Below are positions 7,651 to 14,847 of a DNA stretch of 16,071 bases, one piece after another. The notes under the pieces are model-generated. The model made no database searches and was not told the DNA's origin. It was given only the letters and a program-made list of their open reading frames with translations. Each line of letters starts with the position of its first letter. The first letter of the stretch is position 1. The stretch covers positions 1-16,071 of IMG/VR virus record IMGVR_UViG_2711768058_000013. One strand, written 5' to 3'. The position numbers and the translations under genes were made by a program. This DNA comes from a virus. Lineage: Duplodnaviria > Heunggongvirae > Uroviricota > Caudoviricetes.

Positions 7651-7998
7651 GACCGACCTCTACTTCCCTGAATTTACGACGAAACTGTTCGAGCGGGCTG
7701 AAGCACTCATGCTCATAGCCTTCGCGGAGGTAGATAACTCGTTGTGTTTCCGGCTCCCAACGAATGACTCTGACGGGCACTCCGTAGTGATCTTTGAACC
7801 AGCGGTTAACTTGTCGCAAAGGACTGTCTCCTTCTGCCGGTTGAAATCACCCACAGCCCACTCAGCAAAGCTGTGGGTTACAATTTCCCTGTCACCTGGT
7901 ACATTAACTGCATAGCAATACTCCACCTTCGCTTTTCCACCCGGTACAGGAAGCGCAATCAGTTGCGAGCGACGGTAGTGTGTTGTTAAACTGTTCAT
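7640..7998 (-). pseudogene. Small gene split between two reading frames (frameshifted gene or two nested small genes)
   Basis: Frame A: ATG 7996-7998 overlaps the stop of the upstream CII-like gene and runs to 7660 (112 aa, C-terminal half low-complexity). Frame B: open from 7846, AAGGAGA Shine-Dalgarno (complement of 7827-7833) plus TTG 7817-7819, stop TAA 7640-7642 overlapping codons 3-4 of the O-like gene. Both frames are translationally coupled to a neighbour. Confidence 0.4.
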
Positions 7999-8603
7999 GC
8001 GTTAGTTTCTCCACAGTCACGACACGCCACGGCGCCCGGAGCTGCACACTCGCGGGCGTCATTACTTTCTGAAATGCAAAAGATTTTGTAGACCAGTGCT
8101 GCATGCTCCTGCAGCTTCGAAATTGAGAGATACAGCTCGTCGTTAATTGCTGTCTTCTCATGCGGTTCCACCACACCGTCTTCGATTGCCGAACGAATCT
8201 GTCTGGAATAACTGCCAATCTGTTCAATGACTTCCAGCAGGCGCTGGTTAATATCGGCGTTGTCCACATCCTCGACGTCAGGAAGAGACACAAAGACGCC
8301 ATTTGCAGACTGCGCCACAGCGTCAGCAATGAAGTGAGTTCCACCAGCACGTTGCAAAATCATTGCCCATCCCAGCGGGAAAATCTGATCGCCATCGGCA
8401 CGAAGGCGGTTAAATAATGCGTTTTCTGTTACATCCAGCCAGTCAGCTGCTTCAGCGTAACCACCCGGCAACGCTGCGATAGTTTTTCTGACAGCTTTCA
8501 CGTACCACTCAGGCTGTTTTTCTACTTTCCAGTGATGCTTACCCACGGTTAGCCTCATCGTTCTGTGGTTTCTGTTAATCGATTTATCCATTAGATTTTT
8601 CAT
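7995..8603 (-). CDS. CII-like lysogeny regulatory protein (CP76/YdaT-type), putative
   Basis: About 200 aa. Sits immediately downstream of the cro-like gene, overlapping it, and upstream of the replication gene, the canonical cII position. ATG at 8603 or 8591; the track ORF extends to 8660. Family assignment is from weak recollection only. Confidence 0.45.
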   Translation of the reverse strand: MKNLMDKSINRNHRTMRLTVGKHHWKVEKQPEWYVKAVRKTIAALPGGYAEAADWLDVTENALFNRLRADGDQIFPLGWAMILQRAGGTHFIADAVAQSANGVFVSLPDVEDVDNADINQRLLEVIEQIGSYSRQIRSAIEDGVVEPHEKTAINDELYLSISKLQEHAALVYKIFCISESNDARECAAPGAVACRDCGETNA

Positions 8604-8784
8604 AAAGCTCAGGTTTAAATGGCAACCGTCCGCAAGTTCTATATGCAGCTTCTGCTGCACGTCCTTTTGGAATTAACTGGCCCGGACGGTTTCGCCACTG
8701 ATAAACGGCTTCAGTTGTTATGCCGAAAAAAGCAGCAACTTTCTCAATACTGCCGAAGTAGCTTTCGATATCGTCAGTTGTCAT
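8584..8784 (-). CDS. cro: Cro-type HTH repressor (Cro/YdaS-like)
   Basis: 66-aa ORF, divergent from the cI-like repressor across a 97-bp operator region. HTH-like segment FFGITTEAVYQWRNR. Confidence 0.7.
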   Translation of the reverse strand: MTTDDIESYFGSIEKVAAFFGITTEAVYQWRNRPGQLIPKGRAAEAAYRTCGRLPFKPELYEKSNG

Positions 8785-8881
8785 ACGCCCTCCAAACTAA
8801 GTTTTATTAGATGCTAATTACAAATCTATCTTTGGTCAATAAAAACTAAGATTACTTAGCAATTCAAGAAATGGTGCTCCT
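8785..8881. promoter_or_regulatory. OR-like divergent promoter/operator region between cro and cI
   Basis: 97-bp AT-rich intergenic region. Operator-like repeats AACTAAG at 8795-8801 and 8844-8850; the second lies in the palindrome CTAAG-ATTA-CTTAG (8846-8859). The same heptamer recurs downstream of cI. Confidence 0.6.
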
Positions 8882-9508
8882 ATGGAAACGGTTGGTCAGC
8901 GTATAAAAGCTCTGAGAAGAGTTACCGGAACGTCCCAGAAAGAATTGGGTAAATTTTGTGGAGTAAGCGACGTTGCTGTGGGGTACTGGGAGAAAGACAT
9001 CAATACCCCTGGTGGGGAGGCACTTTCGAAATTAGCGAAGTTCTTCAATACGTCAATAGATTACATTCTTTATGGTGCTGAGTTTGAAGGCAAACTCGTC
9101 ACAAACATGCGCAGAGTTCCTGTAATATCGTGGGTTCAGGCTGGGCAGTTTACTGAGTGCAGGGCAGCAGAAGTGTTTAGTGAAGTGGACAAGTGGGTAG
9201 ATACATCATTAAAGATTGGTGATAACTCATTTGCATTAGAGGTTAAAGGTGACTCCATGACTAACCCTAATGGCCTCCCAACAATACCAGAAGGCGCAAC
9301 AGTGATTGTAGATCCAGATGCAGAACCTCGTCATGGAAAAATAGTCATCGCTCGACTTGATGGAACAAACGAAGCTACAGTAAAAAAATTAGTCATCGAT
9401 GGCCCTCAAAAGTTTTTAGTGCCATTAAATCCTCGGTATCCCAACATCCCTATCAATGGTAATTGCCTTATCATTGGTGTAGTCAAAGGAGTTCAATACG
9501 AACTCTAA
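8882..9508 (+). CDS. cI: CI-type prophage repressor (XRE HTH plus S24 LexA-like autopeptidase domain)
   Basis: 208-aa ORF. N-terminal HTH (QRIKALRRVTGTSQKELGKFCGVSDVAVGYWE), C-terminal S24 motifs with catalytic Ser in GDSM and Lys in ATVKKL. Divergent from cro. Confidence 0.85.
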   Translation: METVGQRIKALRRVTGTSQKELGKFCGVSDVAVGYWEKDINTPGGEALSKLAKFFNTSIDYILYGAEFEGKLVTNMRRVPVISWVQAGQFTECRAAEVFSEVDKWVDTSLKIGDNSFALEVKGDSMTNPNGLPTIPEGATVIVDPDAEPRHGKIVIARLDGTNEATVKKLVIDGPQKFLVPLNPRYPNIPINGNCLIIGVVKGVQYEL

Positions 9509-9517
9509 GACCTCTCT

Positions 9518-9590
9518 TCTCTAACTAAGGCACCGAACTAAGAAAAGTTTGGTGTTTTCTCTTGCCATAATAACTAAGTTAAGTTAGATT
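9518..9590. promoter_or_regulatory. OL-like operator cluster downstream of cI
   Basis: Three further copies of AACTAAG (9523-9529, 9536-9542, 9572-9578) in the AT-rich spacer between the cI stop and the next plus-strand ORF, in the position equivalent to lambda OL/PL. Confidence 0.45.
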
Positions 9591-9693
9591 TTATATCAAA
9601 AATAACGAACAGGCAGGACGCCCACGAAGTAGCCGCCTGGGGCATATGAAGTCCAGGATGATTCGTTGAGTCATGTTGTGCCACTAGGCACTC

Positions 9694-9990
9694 ATGTTAA
9701 AGCAGGTGTATGAAATGAAAGTCCAGATTTTAAACAATAGTGGTGAAGTCGTTTGGTCATACGACATAGCCGCCCATGTAGATCAGAGCGGCGATAGCTG
9801 GGCCAATGGGAAACATCAGATTATGGCTGGAGTTGTGTTCTCTTTACGCCGTGCTTTGGAACAGGCTGAAGTATTTCCATCAGACCCTGAATGGAAATGG
9901 CCTTTTTCTATTTGTCCAAATTCGGAGAGCACATTTCAGAAAATTGGTCAGAAAGTCGCACTCGAAGAGCATCAGCCAACTGTTTCCTGA
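9694..9990 (+). CDS. Hypothetical protein, first gene of the putative leftward early operon
   Basis: 98-aa ORF. The in-frame ATG at 9715 has a better RBS (AGGTG 6 nt upstream) and may be the true start. No recognisable family. Confidence 0.5.
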   Translation: MLKQVYEMKVQILNNSGEVVWSYDIAAHVDQSGDSWANGKHQIMAGVVFSLRRALEQAEVFPSDPEWKWPFSICPNSESTFQKIGQKVALEEHQPTVS

Positions 9991-10003
9991 TTTTTTCAGG
10001 TAA

Positions 10004-10153
10004 CTAGTCGGCATCGCAGAAACAACAACGCTCGATCATGTTGAAAGCCGATTCGTAGAACTGTTTCTGCTGAGTGTCGCTGAGACAGGAAAAGAGCGAC
10101 GTTACGATGATTTTATTAATTGCATTATCAAGTTCTTTTTCATCAAAAGTCAT
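10004..10153 (-). CDS. Possible small protein (49 aa) not in the ORF track
   Basis: Manual translation of the minus strand: MTFDEKELDNAINKIIVTSLFSCLSDTQQKQFYESAFNMIERCCFCDAD. AAGGA Shine-Dalgarno 7 nt upstream of ATG (complement of 10161-10165). Below the usual length cutoff. Confidence 0.3.
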   Translation of the reverse strand: MTFDEKELDNAINKIIVTSLFSCLSDTQQKQFYESAFNMIERCCFCDAD

Positions 10154-10408
10154 TTGATTTTCCTTTTATGTATACGGGCTTAAAAGGATACCACCGAGCC
10201 TGAAGTGGTGAAAAGACAGGCACATAACAGCTAAGTATTTTCAACCAGAGAGAATCCTTAGCGTTGTGGTGAATGCGGCTCAGCGCACGCGGGTTAAGGT
10301 TGAGGCTGACAGTCGACCTTCTGTGGATACCCACCCGTCTGGTGTGCAACCTTCGCCAGGCACCGGGAGGCACCCGGCACCACAACTTTATGCTGTGTGT
10401 AGTCCTGG

Positions 10409-10455
10409 CGGTACCAGTTTGTACCCTTGCTTCCGGCTGGTACCGTCCTTTTTAC
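10409..10455 (+). terminator. Putative intrinsic terminator or structured RNA element
   Basis: Inverted repeat CGGTACCAG (10409-10417) / CTGGTACCG (10437-10445) followed by TTTTT (10449-10453). The 19-nt loop is long for a terminator. Lies in a GC-rich segment with no convincing coding frame. Confidence 0.35.
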
Positions 10456-10590
10456 AAAACAGAGAAGAGCATCACCGGACGACGGGCTCATAACCCAATC
10501 CATCCGGGCGGCTGCCACCGCAGGTGTTCTTCTCTGTTTTGTGGAGAAACTAATCGGCCTTGCAGGGTCGATATGATGAGGAGCAGCAAA

Positions 10591-10953
10591 ATGGCTAGTG
10601 AACGCAGTACTGATGTGCAGGCATTTATCGGGGAGCTGGACGGCGGCGTATTTGAAACCAAAATCGGCGCAGTTCTCAGTGAAGTCGCTTCCGGTGTGAT
10701 GAACACGAAAACCAAAGGTAAGGTCTCACTCAACCTGGAAATCGAACCATTTGATGAGAACCGTGTGAAAATCAAACACAAACTCTCATATGTTCGCCCG
10801 ACTAACCGCGGGAAAATTTCCGAAGAAGACACCACCGAAACGCCGATGTATGTCAATCGCGGTGGTCGCCTGACTATTCTGCAGGAAGACCAGGGACAAT
10901 TACTGACTCTTGCCGGTGAACCTGACGGAAAACTACGCGCAGCAGGTCATTAA
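10591..10953 (+). CDS. yfdP: YfdP-like prophage protein, function unknown
   Basis: ATG 10591 with GAGGAG Shine-Dalgarno 7 nt upstream gives 120 aa, the length I recall for K-12 CPS-53 YfdP, and it sits directly upstream of a yfdQ-like gene. The track ORF start at 10273 lies in non-coding-looking GC-rich sequence. Confidence 0.6.
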   Translation: MASERSTDVQAFIGELDGGVFETKIGAVLSEVASGVMNTKTKGKVSLNLEIEPFDENRVKIKHKLSYVRPTNRGKISEEDTTETPMYVNRGGRLTILQEDQGQLLTLAGEPDGKLRAAGH

Positions 10954-11018
10954 TATCGTTCTTAATTAACTGATTATTTATCTCATCACTGAATATCTTT
11001 ATATAGTGAGGACTTATT

Positions 11019-11843
11019 ATGTCTCAGAACTTAGACGCAACCGCAATTAATCAAATCCATGCCCTTATTTCTGCTCAGGGTGTTAATGAAATTATCAGTA
11101 AGATTGGTGCCGATGCTGTGGCATTGCCTGAGAATTTCCGCATTCATGATCTGGAAAAATTTAATTTAAATCGTTTCCGTTTCCGTGGTGCGCTTTCCAC
11201 TGCCAGCATCGATGACTTTACCCGTTATTCTAAAGATCTTGCAGATGAAGGCACCCGCTGCTTTATCGATGCCGATAATATGCGTGCCGTCAGTGTGCTT
11301 AACCTGGGTACCATTGATGAGCCAGGTCACGCAGATAACACTGCCACTCTCAAACTGAAAAAGACAGCACCGTTCTCTGCCCTGTTGTCTGTTAACGGCG
11401 AGCGTAACTCCCAGAAGTCACTGGCAGAATGGATTGAAGACTGGGCCGACTACCTTGTGGGCTTTGATGCTAATGGTGACGCTATTCAGGCAACAAAAGC
11501 GGCTGCGGCAGTCCGTAAAATCACGATTGAAGCAAACCAGACCGCTGATTTTGAAGATAATGACTTCAGCGGCAAACGCTCCCTGATGGAATCTGTCGAA
11601 GCGAAGACCAAAGACATTATGCCAGTGGCATTTGAATTTAAATGCGTTCCGTTTGAAGGTCTGAAAGAACGTCCGTTTAAATTACGCCTCAGCATTATCA
11701 CTGGCGATCGTCCTGTACTGGTTCTGCGCATTATTCAGCTGGAAGCGGTGCAGGAAGATATGGCTAACGAATTTCGTGATCTGCTTGTTGAGAAATTCAA
11801 AGACAGCAAAGTAGAAACCTTTATTGGTACTTTCACCGCCTGA
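11019..11843 (+). CDS. yfdQ: YfdQ-like protein (DUF2303 family), function unknown
   Basis: 274-aa ORF with GAGGA RBS. Length and position (between yfdP-like and yfdR-like) match my recollection of K-12 CPS-53 yfdQ. Confidence 0.7.
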   Translation: MSQNLDATAINQIHALISAQGVNEIISKIGADAVALPENFRIHDLEKFNLNRFRFRGALSTASIDDFTRYSKDLADEGTRCFIDADNMRAVSVLNLGTIDEPGHADNTATLKLKKTAPFSALLSVNGERNSQKSLAEWIEDWADYLVGFDANGDAIQATKAAAAVRKITIEANQTADFEDNDFSGKRSLMESVEAKTKDIMPVAFEFKCVPFEGLKERPFKLRLSIITGDRPVLVLRIIQLEAVQEDMANEFRDLLVEKFKDSKVETFIGTFTA

Positions 11844-11855
11844 TTTCATTACTGC

Positions 11856-11880
11856 AAATGCCCCTGCGGGGGCATTTATG
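11856..11880 (+). terminator. Putative intrinsic terminator downstream of the yfdQ-like gene
   Basis: AAATGCCCC-TGCG-GGGGCATTT: 9-bp stem with GC-rich core and short U-tract (TTTAT), 13 nt after the stop codon. Confidence 0.4.
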
Positions 11881-11970
11881 GAAACGTAATTAACTCAATA
11901 ATCACCGGATGGTGATGGCTTCCTTTTACCCAAACTCAGCGCGGTGCAGCGCATATACGTGGAGAACAAA

Positions 11971-12507
11971 ATGTCATTTATTAAAACTTTTTCCGGGAAG
12001 CATTTTTATTATGACAAGATAAATAAAGACGACATCGTGATTAACGATATCGCGGTTTCCCTTTCAAATATCTGTCGCTTTGCAGGGCATCTTTCACACT
12101 TCTACAGCGTCGCCCAACATGCGGTGCTTTGCAGCCAGCTGGTGCCGCAGGAATTTGCTTTTGAAGCGTTAATGCATGATGCAACAGAAGCATATTGCCA
12201 GGACATCCCTGCACCACTGAAACGACTTCTTCCTGACTATAAACGGATGGAAGAAAAAATAGACGCCGTAATCCGTGAGAAATACGGGTTACCTCCTGTT
12301 ATGAGCACGCCAGTGAAATATGCCGATCTCATTATGCTGGCAACCGAACGTCGCGATCTCGGGCTTGATGATGGCTCTTTCTGGCCTGTACTGGAAGGCA
12401 TCCCGCCAACAGAGATGTTCAAAGTTATTCCACTGTCGCCAGGCCATGCCTACGGGATGTTTATGGAACGCTTTAACGGGTTATCGGAGTTACGCAAATA
12501 CGCATGA
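11971..12507 (+). CDS. yfdR: HD-domain phosphohydrolase (YfdR-like 5'-deoxynucleotidase family)
   Basis: ATG 11971 with GGAGA RBS gives 178 aa. HD motif (SVAQHAV...ALMHDATEAY). The length I recall for K-12 YfdR is also 178 aa. The track ORF starts at GTG 11944. Confidence 0.7.
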   Translation: MSFIKTFSGKHFYYDKINKDDIVINDIAVSLSNICRFAGHLSHFYSVAQHAVLCSQLVPQEFAFEALMHDATEAYCQDIPAPLKRLLPDYKRMEEKIDAVIREKYGLPPVMSTPVKYADLIMLATERRDLGLDDGSFWPVLEGIPPTEMFKVIPLSPGHAYGMFMERFNGLSELRKYA

Positions 12508-12541
12508 GTCTTTCAACTGCACAACCACTGGAGGGATAGCA

Positions 12542-12736
12542 ATGAACAACTTAATGACAACTAAACAGGTCGCCGACTTCTGTGGCGTTTCAGTATCAAC
12601 AGTACTTCGTTGGAACAGCGTAAACAGGAGGACTGGCCAGAAATACAGACCAGATTTTCCAGATCCTGATATAAAATCCTGCCCAAATAAATGGGCATCA
12701 CACAAGATTTATAGGTTTGCGGGTGTTATTGAGTAA
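12542..12736 (+). CDS. Excisionase / AlpA-family HTH protein (Xis-like)
   Basis: 64 aa from ATG 12542 with GGAGGG RBS 6 nt upstream. TTKQVADFCGVSVSTVLRW is the typical AlpA/Xis (MerR-like) HTH signature. Confidence 0.7.
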   Translation: MNNLMTTKQVADFCGVSVSTVLRWNSVNRRTGQKYRPDFPDPDIKSCPNKWASHKIYRFAGVIE

Positions 12737-12750
12737 GGTAGGTAGCACAG

Positions 12751-12900
12751 ATGTTAACTGACGCTTCTATAACACAAAGCAAACCTAATCTGACTGCACG
12801 CCCTACGCCAGAAACAGATCAAAGTTTAAAATATGCACCGTCCGGAGTGACGATTTTTGTAATATACAGTAGCCTCTATGGGTCATGTGACAGTGTATAG
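12751..12900 (+). pseudogene. Possible remnant of an integrase 5' end (49-aa ORF)
   Basis: Manual translation MLTDASITQSKPNLTARPTPE...: the first 12 residues fit the conserved N-terminus of P4-type integrases (L-T-D-x-x-I-x-x-x-K-P), after which similarity is lost. Lies 15 bp downstream of the excisionase. Confidence 0.3.
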
Positions 12901-12911
12901 GAAAAACAGAA

Positions 12912-13745
12912 GTGATCGATGACCCGTTACCAACGAATTGGAAAGATCTCCAGAACGGAGTCCAACGCATCTTCCGCAATGTTGGCTTATATGCAGAAGT
13001 CGAAGCCAATGTAGAGACTCCACGTGGTTCGGTGAATGTGGATGTTCTCGCAATAGATCCCAAGAGCGTAGATAAAATCAGATACATAGTAGAATGTAAA
13101 AACTGGAGTAACTCTGTGCCTCAGAGCGTAGTCCATTCGTTCACTACGGTGATGCATGAAACTGGGGCTAACATTGGTTTTATTATTTCAAAACATGGGC
13201 TTCAGCAAGGAGCAAAGCAGTATACACAAAACACAAATATCACTGGTATGACATATCTAGAATTTCAAAAGAGATATTTTGAGGCTTGGTGGAAAAGATA
13301 TTTTTGCCCACTTATAGGTGATGCTGCTGACAAGGTTCTTTTATACACTGAAGAATTCAACCATCAGCGAGACCGAGCTTATAGGAATCTTACCCCACAT
13401 AATAAAAAGATGTTTGATGATTTAAGGAGACAGGAAGGTGGCTCAATAATGATTTTATCGATGTTCAACTACATGTCGATATCGAGAGGACTAAAAACAG
13501 GAACATTTTTAAACGTTCCAAAAAGCCTAGATGACTTTAAAGCTATAGTGCTCTCTCAAATAACTCCTCATATCCAATGGAATTGCGACACATTCCGTGA
13601 ACTGTTGAATACGATTTTAAAATACTTAGCAGATATTAAATCAGAATTTGAAATGATATTCGGGGGAGATATTTTTGAACAAACAGATAATATCAGCGGA
13701 GTAACTCTTGATGGTCCTCCTTTGGGAGGGGATATTTATCTATAA
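12912..13745 (+). CDS. Mrr-like PD-(D/E)xK restriction-endonuclease-domain protein with unknown C-terminal domain (cassette 2, gene 1)
   Basis: 277-aa ORF with GTG start. N-terminal NVDVLAID...YIVECKNW...VVHSFTTVMHETGANIGFIISKHGLQQGAKQY matches the Mrr catalytic-domain pattern (D...D...(E/Q)xK...F...G.FI...A). The C-terminal 170 aa are AT-rich and unrecognised. Confidence 0.65.
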   Translation: MIDDPLPTNWKDLQNGVQRIFRNVGLYAEVEANVETPRGSVNVDVLAIDPKSVDKIRYIVECKNWSNSVPQSVVHSFTTVMHETGANIGFIISKHGLQQGAKQYTQNTNITGMTYLEFQKRYFEAWWKRYFCPLIGDAADKVLLYTEEFNHQRDRAYRNLTPHNKKMFDDLRRQEGGSIMILSMFNYMSISRGLKTGTFLNVPKSLDDFKAIVLSQITPHIQWNCDTFRELLNTILKYLADIKSEFEMIFGGDIFEQTDNISGVTLDGPPLGGDIYL

Positions 13746-13835
13746 TTATTAAACTACGCTTAACATTGTCGAATGTTCGATTCATCACTCGAAGCAGAAA
13801 TAAATCAACCTTTTATTTCTAATTAGGAATTTTTA

Positions 13836-14777
13836 ATGGCTACATTTTTCATCAATAACAAAAAAATTTCGATTAGCTCTCTGAAATATAATAGTAAAGA
13901 AATTCAATTAGAAGCAATGCGTAGTTGGTTTCTTGAAAATTATGAAGATCCTGCAAACAGTTGCCCTTATGAGTCACGAGAAGGGGGGTATATTTATATT
14001 TATGGAGGACCATATGATGCAAGTGAAGTGCTTCAAGAAAAATTTGGCGGCTATGTAAAAGATGATTATATTCAAGAGATTGTCGATGATTTACAAGAAA
14101 TTTGTTATGAATGGTCCGGTAACTCCAGTAACGTAGAGGGATGGTATGATGAAGATTTATATAATGTTGTTACAACATCAAAAGAACCTTATACTAACTT
14201 CTACGAAAACATTGCTAAAATACGTTCACTTTCCACACTTAATATTAGTGAAAAAGATAAATCTCATTTTCTTGGCATTTTATACACAAATATTATCACT
14301 GCCCTAGAAACGTTATATGTTGAGCTATTTATCAATTCTATAGAAAAAGATAATTCTTTTTTCATAAATTATATACAAACAGGAACCGGAAACTTTAAAG
14401 CAAGTAAGTCATTGATTTTAAATGCATTCAAGCATGAGTCAATAGTAGAATTAAGAGAACGGTTAGTAAAAGAAATTAAAGAGCACTTAATAAATTCTAG
14501 TTGGCATAGCACTGAACAAGTTATTAAGCGTTATAAATCAACATTTGGTATTAAGGTACAAAGTGACTGGCCTATATCAGAGATTGAACATGCAACTATA
14601 ATTCGAAATCATTTAATCCATCGGGGGGGCAAGGACAAAAATGGAGATCCAGTAACAATTACAGAAGATAATCTAAATGAGTTACTTGAACTATCAGTAT
14701 TACTATGTGAGAAATTGCATACCAGTTTGAACAAAGTAGTAGATGGAAAAAATGGTGGCAGCGAAAGCGAATTTTGA
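13836..14777 (+). CDS. Hypothetical protein with C-terminal HEPN-like R-N-x-x-x-H motif (cassette 2, gene 2)
   Basis: 313-aa ORF, very AT-rich, AGGAA RBS 8 nt upstream of ATG. C-terminal ATIIRNHLIHRGG contains R-N-H-L-I-H, which fits the HEPN RNase signature. No other recognisable domain. Confidence 0.6.
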   Translation: MATFFINNKKISISSLKYNSKEIQLEAMRSWFLENYEDPANSCPYESREGGYIYIYGGPYDASEVLQEKFGGYVKDDYIQEIVDDLQEICYEWSGNSSNVEGWYDEDLYNVVTTSKEPYTNFYENIAKIRSLSTLNISEKDKSHFLGILYTNIITALETLYVELFINSIEKDNSFFINYIQTGTGNFKASKSLILNAFKHESIVELRERLVKEIKEHLINSSWHSTEQVIKRYKSTFGIKVQSDWPISEIEHATIIRNHLIHRGGKDKNGDPVTITEDNLNELLELSVLLCEKLHTSLNKVVDGKNGGSESEF

Positions 14778-14847
14778 TATGAAAGCCTTTGGAATGACAG
14801 CCAAGACATTTAACCAGATTCATCTGCTCATTAATCAAAGCAAATTG

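Noticed and set aside
7904-8350. 148-aa minus-strand ORF in an alternative frame
   Set aside because: Nested out of frame within the CII-like gene with no independent start signals; likely spurious.
10273-10590. Long N-terminal extension of the yfdP-like ORF and overlapping minus-strand ORFs (10294-10518, 10488-10856)
   Set aside because: The extension runs through GC-rich sequence with mutually overlapping frames on both strands, and a strong RBS plus ATG at 10591 gives a product of the expected length; the upstream part is treated as non-coding.
11486-12422. Minus-strand ORFs inside the yfdQ-like and yfdR-like genes (81 aa, 61 aa)
   Set aside because: Antisense to well-supported genes, no RBS, Arg/Ser-rich low-complexity translations.
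13775-13783. tRNA T-loop-like motif GTTCGATTC
   Set aside because: Flanking sequence cannot form the T-stem, acceptor stem or the rest of a cloverleaf. It was considered as a tRNA or att remnant but is not supportable from sequence alone.
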